The notes under the pieces: generated by a model
What the model was told of the DNA's origin: nothing
Databases searched by the model: none
The model's input: the letters and a program-made list of their open reading frames with translations, nothing else
Shown: one piece after another, positions 25,941 through 36,147 of the stretch
Position numbering within the stretch: the stretch's first letter is position 1
Layout of the letters: each line of letters starts with the position of its first letter
Translations under genes and position numbers: made by a program
DNA from: Zootoca vivipara
Lineage: Eukaryota
Assembly (NCBI RefSeq): GCF_963506605.1
Contig: NC_083277.1
Coordinates: 114,452,001-114,516,000 of the forward strand
DNA length: 64,000 nucleotides
Direction of reading: 5' to 3'

Positions 25941-26249
25941 GTCAATACCAGCTACCTTTGAGAAGCTACCTTCCCCATCCCTTTGCTCCAAACAGATCTT
26001 CCTGGACTCACACTCTGACCATTAGAGGAGTTGGAGTCCAACATCTTCAGAGGAGGGTTAGGTTGCCCATACTTGCTGTTGGCTCAAATTCAAGTACCCA
26101 GCATTGACTGACTAATCCTTCCCCCAGCATAGCAAGAAGGTGATTTACCTGTCCACTGTTGTTGCTTGATTCCAGCATCTACGTAATACTTCAAAGTTTG
26201 CCTAGCATCTACTTACTCAGTTTGTTCATGACTGTTTTCTACTTTAAAA

Positions 26250-26255
26250 AATAAA
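26250..26255 (+). terminator. Likely SOAT2 polyadenylation signal AATAAA
   Basis: First AATAAA after the stop codon (~310 nt downstream), with T/GT-rich sequence further downstream. Confidence 0.55.
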
Positions 26256-26889
26256 ATTCTGTACACACAAGTAATTCGGATTCTGCTCTCAGAAATGTGG
26301 AGTTCTGAATCATTCATATATTATATGAATTACTACCTTTTGTTTTTTTTTTGTTTTGGTTATGCTTTTGCAGCTAAAGATATACTGTACAACAAAAGAT
26401 AACCAAAAAGGTTATGCCTTTGCAGTTAAAGATATACAGCATTTCCAGACATCCTGCTAAAAGTACATGATTGTGCAGTCATTTTTTAAAAGAAGCTGTG
26501 CCCTGGCTATCAGCTGTTTTCTGGGAAATGTGGCCTGGAATGGACTGAATAGAGCCCCAAGCTCTGCCACAGCTGCTTGGGGCTCAGTTGACTGAGCTGA
26601 AACTGGCTGAGCAGAGGCTCGTGTAAGTTCAAAAAGGGGTCCTTCCTGTCCAGCTCAGCTACCTTACCTTGCAATCCAGTGTAGAACACTATTTAAAGGC
26701 TGGTTTTCCCTCGGCCAGGCTTAGACAGAGAGGGCTGCTGCTGAACACACTTTGGATCTTATGTAACATTGCTATTGCTTGAATTGCTATTCAAGTGGTA
26801 TATGTGTGTTTTGTGATTATGTGGGCTGGGGCTTACCTGCCCTCCACCCCCAATATTTTATTCAAGTTGGCACCCCCTGCGATTCCAGT

Positions 26890-27990
26890 CTGAGGTCACT
26901 CCCCGGCGCGCTAGCGGGAGAGGCGCCGGGCATTAAACCTGGTACGTTTTGAGCACAAAGGGAGGGGCGCCTCCCCGCAACGCTACTCTTTCCCGCTCCG
27001 GAACTGGAGCTCGCGTGCCGATCCTTAGACACAAACGGCTTTCTTGATTTCAGCAGCCCTATCTAGGGAGGGTGGGGGGAGCTTTTACTTGTTGCTGCTC
27101 GAGACGCCGATGAAGAGCTGGGGGGGGGTCTTTGTCGATCATCTACAATTACAAATCATCCGGAGATCATCCCCATTTACTTTCTGCCCATACCTGGGGG
27201 GGGGGGGGAAACCACCCTAGTCCGCTCCCCTAAAAAACCACAAAAAAACCTCCGACCCCCACAGCCTTGGCACCGCCCCGCCCCAACTTCCTGGACTAGT
27301 CGAGGCTGCATCTCCCGTTCCACCGCGGCGCAGGAATCGAAAGCAGCCGCTGTGCGGAAGCAGCAGCAGCGCTGTTGCAGCCCGCCTTTCCGCGCGCCCT
27401 CTGCTCCTCACGTCACTAGGAAGAGGATTTCCCGCGTGGTTCTTTGTCTAGGAAAAGTAACTGTGTGTGTGTGTTTATCTGGACTGGGCAGCACCCGCTC
27501 CTTCCATGGCGGCTGCGAGAGAACGGTTGCTGCAGATCCTCGAGGATCTGACAGCCGAAGAGTTCCGCAAATTCGTTTTCCACCTGGAATCCATCCCGGA
27601 CCGATCTGTCCGAATCCCTCGAGGGAAGCTGGAGAAAGTCTCGCCGGTCGAGCTAGCCGAGCTGCTTGCGCGGTATTTTCCCGGGAAAGAATTAGAAGTC
27701 GCCGCCCACGCGCTGGGAAAGATACCCAGGAGGGATCTTCTGCGGGACCTAGGCGACGTAGCAGTGGGCGATCGCCCGAGCGGAAGGGGTACCCCTGTGA
27801 TAGACCTCGTGGAAGCAGCTGCAGGTGGGTACTGTACAGGTGGGCGCAGGTGAGTAGGGCCTACAGCCCGAACCCACAGGGAGAGCTCGGAGCAGGGAGG
27901 GGGTAGAGGTTTTGTTGTCTAGGACAGGGATGCCCACTTGAATAAAATACTGTATTGGGGGAGGGCGGGTTAGCCCCGCCCCGCCCCGCC
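26890..27990 (+). promoter_or_regulatory. CpG-rich promoter/first exon of the PYD-DD gene
   Basis: Dense CpGs. GC box CCCCGCCCC ~27276, ETS cores ACTTCCTG ~27286 and CGGAAG ~27355, CRE-like TCACGTCA ~27408, kB-like AGGATTTCCC ~27424. Confidence 0.65.
27506..27824 (+). CDS. PYD exon of the PYD-DD gene
   Basis: Same register as the ASC PYD (L12-E13-x-L15-T16-A17-E18-E19...K22-F23; RIPRG). Alternative donors after 27839 and 27849. Confidence 0.9.
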
Positions 27991-30137
27991 CCACATAATC
28001 GATCTTATGACATGGTGCACACTCACTATTTGAATGTGCTTCAACTTTGGGAGGGTCCGGCGGCCCCATCAAATGTTTTATTGGGGGAGTTAGCTCCTAT
28101 GGTCCAGGACTCCATTTTGTCTTGGGCAGGGGAAGAGAACCTGTCGACCTCTCTCCCCACTCCCCCCCCCCATGTTTGTGGGACTGTAGCTCTCTTCATA
28201 CCTGATCGTTGGCTATGCTGGCTGGGGCAGATGGGAGTTGAAATCCAGCAACATCTGGAATCGCACAAGGAACTTCCAGGAAACGTTCGGAGTATGCTTC
28301 ACAGCAAGTAAAACTACTCACACACATACAGAGGCACACACACACACACACACAAAAAAAACCTCACACACGTACAGAGGCAGAAACTGTGCTCCAGTGT
28401 GGACCACCTAGTCAGGTAACATGCAATTTTGCACTGGATTTTCTTCCCTTATCAAATTATTCCTGGATCTGGCAGGCTGCTGCTTAGATAAAGAGGATGT
28501 TGTGTAGATGTAAATAAATAGAGACCCAAGTAGCATCACATCCACATTAAACTCCTGTGCAGATGAGCCCATTCCCTCTCTAATGGGATCTTGGTTTCCA
28601 ACTGGGCAGGAAGTGGAAGGGTGGGAAGGGAAAGGATAGTCCATTTGGAGCAGGTTTTGTGGTGTGCACTTTCAAGGGCGTACCCACCACGGGGCAAGTT
28701 AGGGCAGCTGCCCTACTCTAGAAGCAGGGCTGGTGGGCAGAGGCGGAGCACAGCCCGGCGGAGCGCGAGTTCGCCATTCCCGCCCCGCCGCGCCGCACCC
28801 TCCCTCCAGCTCCCCAGCGCGCCCTCAGGCAAGGCCAAGCGCGGCGGGGAACCAGGGAGCGCGGCGCGGTGGGCGGCAACGCTGAACTCGCGCTCCGCTG
28901 GGCTGGGCTGGGCTCCGCCTCCGCCCACCAGCCCTGCTTCTAGGGAGGGGCACAGCCCGGCGGAGCGCGAGTTCGCCATTCCCGCCCACTTTGTGGCCCC
29001 TCCCCTTCCGTGCCTTGGCCCCTCCCCTTGCCCCCCTGCCCCCCCTAGTTTTGATTCTGGGTACGCCCATGTGCACTTTGCCTGTACCCCTCATCTCTTC
29101 CTGGAGCATTCCTCAAATGCCCCTGGGTGCACCCCTGTTCCAGCACCTACACAGATAAAATTTTCTTCTGGTGTCCAACTTACCGGTAAAACTAGGACTC
29201 AGCCCCAGACCAGGATGAGTGGGTGAGCTTCCACAACAGGTCTGAACCCTCATTAGAAATTCCAGCTCATTTTATCTGGCAAGGATCCTGCACCTTTAAC
29301 AGCTGCACAACAGGCAGGAATTCACATGGGATAACTTTTCTGACATGGGGAGAACTTCACGGGTTGATTTCGGCTCGTGGAGCAGCTTTTAAAGCAGGAG
29401 GGGGAGCTTCTGGCCCTCCCAGATGGTGCTGGACTTCATTTCCCATCAGAGCCAGGCAGCATGGCACAATGGTCAGGGTGTTGGGAGTTGCAGCCTAAGC
29501 TGAAAGGCAGCAGATACCTTATCCTTATCTAAAAGGCTCGTAAACCATTTTCCTTGCCTAGCCACTGCCTTGTGTCTTGCTTGTTATTTGTTTTGTTATA
29601 AACATCTAAATACCCAGAGGAATACACAATAAAGCAAAGAATAAAAAGGAGGCATTGTTAAAAGCAAAAATCTCAGCTGGGAAGCTTTCCTGTTTGGTTG
29701 CCTGGATTTCATCCTCATCCCCAGTGATCAGGCAAATCATTTTTAGCAAGCCTGCGAGGAGTCCCATCTTGCCAATGAAGCGAACAAAAGGTACCAGGTT
29801 AGCTCCGCTCTTGTGCCTCTCATAATATTCCTTCCTTCCTGCTCTTGCAGTGCAACCCAGTTGCGTCTCACAGCAGCAGCTGATGAAGCTAGCCAGGAAG
29901 TTGGGCAGGAAATGGAAGACGATTGCCATCGAGTTCCTGGAGGTGGAAAATTCACGCTTGGAGCAGATCGAAGAGGAGAATCACAAGGACGTGGTCATGC
30001 AAGCTTTCTACATGCTTTGTGAATGGAGGAACCGTGAAGGAGGGAAGGCCACTGCAGCCAATTTATACCTTATTCTCGACCAGGTTGGAGTGAATCTTGA
30101 CCATGATGCATATGCGTTCCTGAGAGAGTGTGCCTGA
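27506..30137 (+). CDS. Uncharacterised PYRIN-domain + Death-domain adaptor protein (PYD-DD), ~201 aa, two main coding exons
   Basis: Exon 27506-27824 (ccATGG start; MAAARERLLQILEDLTAEEFRKFVFHL...RIPRGKLEKVSPVELAELLARYF, an ASC-like PYD) ends at a phase-1 CAG|GTGGGT donor. It joins in frame to a phase-1 acceptor (polypyrimidine tract + TGCAG at 29850) opening exon 29851-30137 (QLMKLARKLGRKWKTIAIEFLEV...LEQIEEEN...QAFYMLCEWRNREGGKATAANLYLIL, a death domain). 606 nt, no internal stop. The exact junction is uncertain because there are alternative donors. Confidence 0.85.
29851..30137 (+). CDS. Death-domain terminal exon of the PYD-DD gene
   Basis: Death-domain signature LA.KLG..W....., LEQIEEEN, ML.EWR.REG..AT...L...L; strong acceptor; TGA at 30135-30137. 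Confidence 0.9.
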
Positions 30138-30348
30138 AAGAGTTCTTGAAAGGCAGAAGGCCACCCAACAGTCTTCTCCAGCAACTCAGGCTCTCCAGAT
30201 ACCTTTCCCAATGCAAGTGAACACAGATTGTAATGATTTGTTGACTGATGTTTACGCTCATATGGCTGAGCTGTGAGGGGGGGTGGGGGGGTGTTCGAAA
30301 TCAGCCAAGTGCCAGGCACATTTTGCACCTGACTATTGGCCACATGCA

Positions 30349-30672
30349 GGGACGCAGGTGGCGCTGTGGTCTAAACCAGAGAACCTAGGGCTTGCCGATC
30401 AGAAGGTTGGCGGTTTGAATCCCCGCGATGGGGTGAGCTCCCATTGTTCGGTCCCTGCTCCTGCCCACCTAGCAGTTCGAAAGCACGTCAAATGAAAGTA
30501 GATAAATAGGTACCGCTCCGGCGGGAAGGTAAACGGCGTTTCCGTGTGTTGTTCTTGTTCGCCAGAAGCTGCTTAGTCATGCTGGCCACATGACCCGGAA
30601 AAACTGTCTGCAGACAAGCGCCGGCTCCCTCCGCCTATAGAGCGAGATGAGCGCCGCAAGCCCAGAGTCGTC
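30349..30672 (+). mobile_element. Sauria SINE (3'-truncated) just downstream of the PYD-DD stop codon
   Basis: GGGACGCAGGTGGCGCTGTGGTCTAAACC head. Confidence 0.88.
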
Positions 30673-31386
30673 CATGGCAGAGTATATATTCCAGCACATA
30701 TTAAAACAGAGTAAGAATAAGCTCCTTCAAAAAGTGGATGACCTGGTATAATGGTAGCCAGGGTGTTTGTGGCACTTTCAGAAGTATTTTAATGGAATTG
30801 CTCTCCAGAGAGGTTCCATTCTTAGAGAAGTCCCTCAATCTAAGTAATCCCTGCTTCTTCCAACCGAGCCTGAGTCTATCTTTGTTGAAAAAAGAGGGGT
30901 GGTAAGCCAGAGGAAGGAAGTTGTTCAGTTCTGTGGGAGTCCCCCCCTCAAGCTGGTTTGAGAGCAGAGCTCACTCAGCAAGGTGTCTACCAATATTGTG
31001 CACCAGAACCACTGTTAGAAACCCAAATATATAAGCTAGGCGCCAAATGGCTCCTTAAATCAGGGTTACAGTTGCCAAAACAGAATGTCTAGTTGCCATT
31101 TGGGGGCAAGACGGCTCTAAAGTCCTATTTTTCAAAGGATGCACTGACTGATTGATTAGAATCTGGCTGGTTCAGATGACAACCTTGAGCTAGGTTAAGA
31201 GCTTTGAGACCTTAAAGAAGAGAAGTAACTTGATCCAGGGACAGTCCACATATACATTGGCCTATTCTGACCTCTTTTTCTCAATGGTGACAAGGGCCAT
31301 TCATAATGTAAAAATATTCTTCACAACTGTGACCAGGGCAGTGGGACAGGGTAAGTGATGGGCAGTCCCCCATTGAGATGGGCAGA

Positions 31387-32316
31387 GTATATATATAAAA
31401 ATGTAGGCATTGCGCGTGCGGAGGTCACAGCCTTTCTCCGTAACTGCTGAACCGTAATGTAACAAATTTGGCCACAACGTTCCATGCCCATCAGGGAAGG
31501 ATCTGACATAATTCCCCCCCAAAAAAAACCACACCTTTCACACCTAAAATAATGATTAAACACAAAAAAGTGGCACCCAAATTAGACGTCACCACCAGAA
31601 GCTCTGTAGACTCCAGCAGCATCCAATAGAAAGGCAGTTCGCACGCTGCTGCCTCAAAAGCTGCGCCACCAGATGACATCACAAAATTCCGCACCAACCA
31701 ACTCAAAACAGTCCGTTTGCAGCAACATGGCCCAGCTTTTTCAATAGGCCGCAGCATTGCCCAGCAGGGAAAAATGAGTAGCCCGCACCATTCAGTAGGC
31801 CACAGGCAAAAACAAACAGAATATGGGGCTTTCACAACGGGGGGGGGGGGGGGTCACAGGGATGAGGCACAACAAAGGGAGGGGGAACACATAGCCATGG
31901 GGGGGGGAGGAAGAACCCTGACCCAGCCAAAGCAGTGGGGGGTGGGTTGGGAAAGGGAAAACTGAGTAGGCCGCAACAATGCCCAGTAGGCCACAGGCAA
32001 ATACAAACAGAATATGGGCCTTTCACAGGGTGGGGGAATCACAGGGATGAGGCACAACAATGGGGGAGGGGGCTCACAGAGATGCACCACAACAAAGGGG
32101 GGGGAGGTAGGACCCTGAGTCAGCCAAAGCAGTGGGGGGGACATTTTCAGGAACACGCGGGGGTGGGGAGTCTTATTTTTGAAACTTACAGTAGGGGAGT
32201 CAGGGTTGGGACAGGGCAAGTGAAGGGACTCTAAAGGGAGACTCTGAAGGTCCATTTAACAGGAAAAGGTCCATTTAACACAAAAACCCACAGCAACGTG
32301 TGGCCGGGCCAGCTAG
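31387..32316 (+). mobile_element. Non-autonomous Helitron with internal ~190-bp direct repeat
   Basis: Starts TATATATATAAAAATGT, ends CACAGCAACGTGTGGCCGGGCCAGCTAG|T; termini related to 19874-20437. Confidence 0.65.
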
Positions 32317-32369
32317 TAAATAATAAAATTATTATCATTACTACAGAGCAATCAAACAGATCTTTAACT

Positions 32370-33205
32370 GAGCCAGTGTGGTGTTAGAGTAGGCATAGGC
32401 AAACTTGGCCCTCCAGATGCTTTGGGACTACAATTCCTATCATCCCTGGCCACTGGTCCTGTTAGCTAGGGATGATGGGAGTTGTAGTCTGAAAACATCT
32501 GGAGGGCCGAGGTTGCCTATGCCTGGGTTAGAGTGTGAGACTAGGGCCTGGGGGGCCAGAGTTCGAATCTCCACTCAGCCACAAAGCTCACCTTGGGCCC
32601 AGTCACTCCCCCTCAGCCTAACCTACCTCACAGGGTTGTTGTGGGGTTTAAATGAGATGGGAAGGGAGAACCATTTACAGTGGTACCTCGGTTTATGAAC
32701 ACAATTGGTTCCGGAAGTCTGTTCATAAACTGAAGCGAACTTTCCCATTGAAAGTAATGGAAAGTGGATTAATCTGTTCCAGACGGTCCACGGAGTACAT
32801 AAACTGAAGCGAACTCTCCTATTGAAAGTAATGGAAAGTGGATTAATCTGTTCCAGACGGTCCATGGAGTACTTAAACTGAAGCGTTCATAAACTGAAGC
32901 GAACTCTCCCATTGAAAGTAATGGAAAGTGGATTAATCCGTTCCAGACGGGTCCGTGGAGTACTCAACCTGAAGCATAAACCCGAAGCATGGGTGTAATT
33001 GGTTCCGGAAGTCTGTTCATAAACTGAAGCGTTCATAAACTGAAGCGAACTTTCCCATTGAAAGTAATGGAAAGTGAATCCGTTGCAGATGGGTCCACTG
33101 CATTCGTAAACCAAATAATTGTAAACCGAGGTGTTCGTAAACCGGGGTTCCACTGTATACCACTTTGAGCTCCTTGGAGAAAAAGTGTGGCTATAAATGC
33201 AATAA
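32370..33205 (+). mobile_element. Squam3-like SINE interrupted by a hAT MITE (32390-32525) and a mariner MITE (32678-33155)
   Basis: hAT insert has an 8-bp TSD (TGTTAGAG/GGTTAGAG). Mariner insert has a TA TSD, CAGTGG TIRs and internal tandem duplications. Confidence 0.75.
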
Positions 33206-33489
33206 ACTCAGCTTGAGGGGCTGGTGTTGCTATCTCATAGCTCTTCTAAGGGCCTAATCTCGCAAATTTGTTATTCTCAACGCCAGGTCTACTGACCTGC
33301 TTCAGATAAAGATGGCCTGGGGACATGAGAACAGAACCAGGAGAATAAGTCATGGCAGGGTGACCATCTTCACACCAGAGATAACAGCCTCAAGGTGGTG
33401 TTTGCTGGCACTAAAAATTTTATGAGACGGGGCTCTAAACTGTGTAAAGTTGTGGGTTCTGTGGCCCCTCTGGTAGAAACATTTTGTTT

Positions 33490-33940
33490 GTTTTTTTAAA
33501 ATATTTTTTTATTGAAAAATTTTATAACATAGAAACATACCAAATTAGCTCAACAAAACATCAAAAACATCAATAAACCAAAACCAAAACAACAACAACA
33601 ACACAAACAAAAAACACATACATCATCTTATATCATCTTTTTAACTCATTGTCCCTTTTGCTTCCCCAACTCCCCTCTATCTGATTTTCATTTTAGATAC
33701 ATCTGTAACAGTTTCTATTTCATTACTTTTAATTTTCATCATCCTGTATTTTCTTTAATTCTTCTTAATCCCATCCTTTTATTTGTATCTCAATTTTCCT
33801 ACTTTATAATCTCCTCTTTTCTCCCTATTGCCTTAACTTCTGTGTTTCCCTAGATGTTCAGACTTTCAACTCTCAAAAATAATTCCCTAAATATAATTTG
33901 AATTTTCTCCAATCTTCCTCCATTCTTTCTCCATTAGAAA
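33490..33940 (-). mobile_element. L1 LINE 3' end fragment
   Basis: Poly-T/TTTATT at the left end with an AT-rich L1-like 3' region. Confidence 0.5.
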
Positions 33941-35973
33941 CATTTTGGGTCTCTGTATTGTATAAAAACTATTTTCTTTTTTGGATGTGAAGACAACAGT
34001 TCTGAGTTGCAACAAGATATATCGTCACCTGAGTTAGGTGTCTTCCATTTAGTTGTTTCTCCTTTTTTCTTTTGCAATGGAATATTAACGAGCCAACATT
34101 GTTATGCTATTGATGTAAACGTAAATAAAAAAGACTGAGCTACTTACCCATTGACATACAGCACAGCCTTGGCTGTTATCTCTGTGATGTTTTCGCCCTC
34201 CTTTGCTTCCAACCTGCTCAGTGCTTTCATGCAGTGTTATTGCTCCACCTCACCTCAGAACAAACACCCTGCCATGACTCCTAGTGGCTCAAGAAGCTGA
34301 TATTGAGTATTCTGGAAGGCCAGCAGGTTGTTAGTTTTCTACAAAAATAGCACAAAACTTTGGCACTGGCCCCATGAAGATACAATAGTGTTGGTTTTTC
34401 TGAGCATTGATGGGCAGTTTTGGAAGAGAATATAAGGAGAGAAATAGCACTAATGTGGCTGTTAAATAAACAGAGAGCCACTAATTAACCAATCCTGTTC
34501 AAAACTTAATGTTCAAGTGAACAAACTGCTACCCTATAATGAAAGAAATGGAAGCTGGATAAAAAAAAATATTCAGAACCATTCTAGGAAAGCAGGGCAT
34601 CTGAAAGCATTCGCTTACTCCTGGCCTTGAAAGCGGGCAAAAGGGGTGAGGAAGTTGTGTTATACCAAAGGTCAAGCCCATGGGCTGTATTTAAATTAAT
34701 GGATTTTCCGGACCTATCCAGAATACTGCTGTCTCTAGCAGTGTTTGGGCGGAAATCCAGATATATGGCAGCCTATGTATGGTAGTGCCAAAAAAAAGCT
34801 CGACAACTTTTCTGTCTCTTTGAACTTTTCACTCTTTGAAATATGGCACCCCTAATCTATGGAAGTCACATTCATTAATTTCAACTTGTGAGTATGGACT
34901 CAGCTAGGGTCCATTAGTCAAAAAAGGATGTTTTGAATGTGTTATAAACATGTAACACCAGATGGCACTGGAGAGCAAAAAAAAATCTGTGCAGATTTTT
35001 ACAGTGTGTTTCTTTTTCTTTTGTTATAACAATATACAGTACTGTAATTTCTACTTATTTATAACATTTTTTCCTGTGTGTAGACCCCCCCTAAGACTAA
35101 GGTTGGACCCAACCCTGCCTGGTCATCTAGCCTGGCAATATCTACTGTGGGTGGCTGTGGCTCGCTTCAGTCTCAGGCAGGCAGCCTCTCTCCCCCCACC
35201 CCCAAGCACCACTTCCTGCTTCTGTTTTTAAATAGGAGACACCAGGGACATTCTGCAGGCCAAGCGGGATTTCTCTTGGGCCTCAAGCTCAAATTTAGGC
35301 ATGTGTTGATTTCTTAGTGGTTGATAAGTTTCCCAGCTTGTTTTTTTATGTGCATCAGACCCAAATGCAAACACTGAGTTTAGGCTGGAAGCTCCTCGTA
35401 GGCAGGGACCTTTCTGGTTTTCTTTATCAAACTGCAAGGTCACTGAGGGTGCTCCACAAAGCAAAGCAAAAAAGCATTGCTTTGTTGTTGTTGTTTTTGA
35501 TTTTAAAAAACTGACTAGAAAAAGAGAGGAATGAAAACAGATTTTTAATCAAATTCTCGTTTTAAAAGAGGAAAGAGAAAGCAAGGTTTGTGCAAGCAGG
35601 CCAGAGAACGGGTCTTTGGGGTCTTTTTGTTCTTCTGTAGTGGGCCTTGGAGGCTGACTGTTGTTTCCTCCTCCATGTCTCACCCTCCACTTCCATGAGC
35701 TCCTTGAAGCAGCCTCGGCTGTTCCCATTTCTGAAGAAGGAAGGCCCGGTGGGTTGCGTTCCAGATATCATCGATGTTTACATGTAGAGGGGTGAGGTGA
35801 GAACGGGGGAAGTGAGCTGGAGGCCCTGGCGAGTTGCAGCTTCTGCTTCTTGTAAGGTTTGCAGAGGGAGGCAGTGGAGAAAGAAAACCGAAGGCTCCTG
35901 GATTTCAGGTGTAAAGTCCCACACTCATTGCCAAAGGGTCCAGAGAAGTGGGCCGCAGGGAGAAGTGGAGCTT

Positions 35974-36147
35974 CTACAGGTCTCTTCCGAGCCTCTCGAT
36001 CTCGTCGAGGAAGAAGTCCAAGTCCTCTCGGGTGACTGCGGGGTTAGTCACCACCTGGCGGAAGAAGTTGACTCTCTTGCCGAGTGGCTGGTAGCTCACC
36101 ATCATGGACCCTTTCTTCATCATCCTCTCCTTGATCATAGGAGCCAC
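35974..36147 (-). CDS. CSAD: CSAD last coding exon ([16 protein letters not shown]...ERLGRDL*)
   Basis: Conserved translation; TAG at 35976-35974. Confidence 0.96.
   Translation of the reverse strand: MAPMIKERMMKKGSMMVSYQPLGKRVNFFRQVVTNPAVTREDLDFFLDEIERLGRDL

Noticed and set aside
28591-29226. 211-aa ORF inside the PYD-DD intron
   Set aside because: It derives from a GC-rich inverted-repeat element, has a non-ATG start and shows no domain.
27506-30137. Calling the PYD gene ASC/PYCARD or an NLRP
   Set aside because: The second domain has death-domain signatures (LG..W, W...EG..AT..L), not a CARD. No NACHT/LRR exons are present, and ASC is not syntenic with SOAT2-CSAD in human.
32690-33080. 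Regularly spaced repeats superficially like a CRISPR array
   Set aside because: Eukaryotic DNA. The units are tandem duplications inside a mariner MITE, with no unique spacers and no cas genes.
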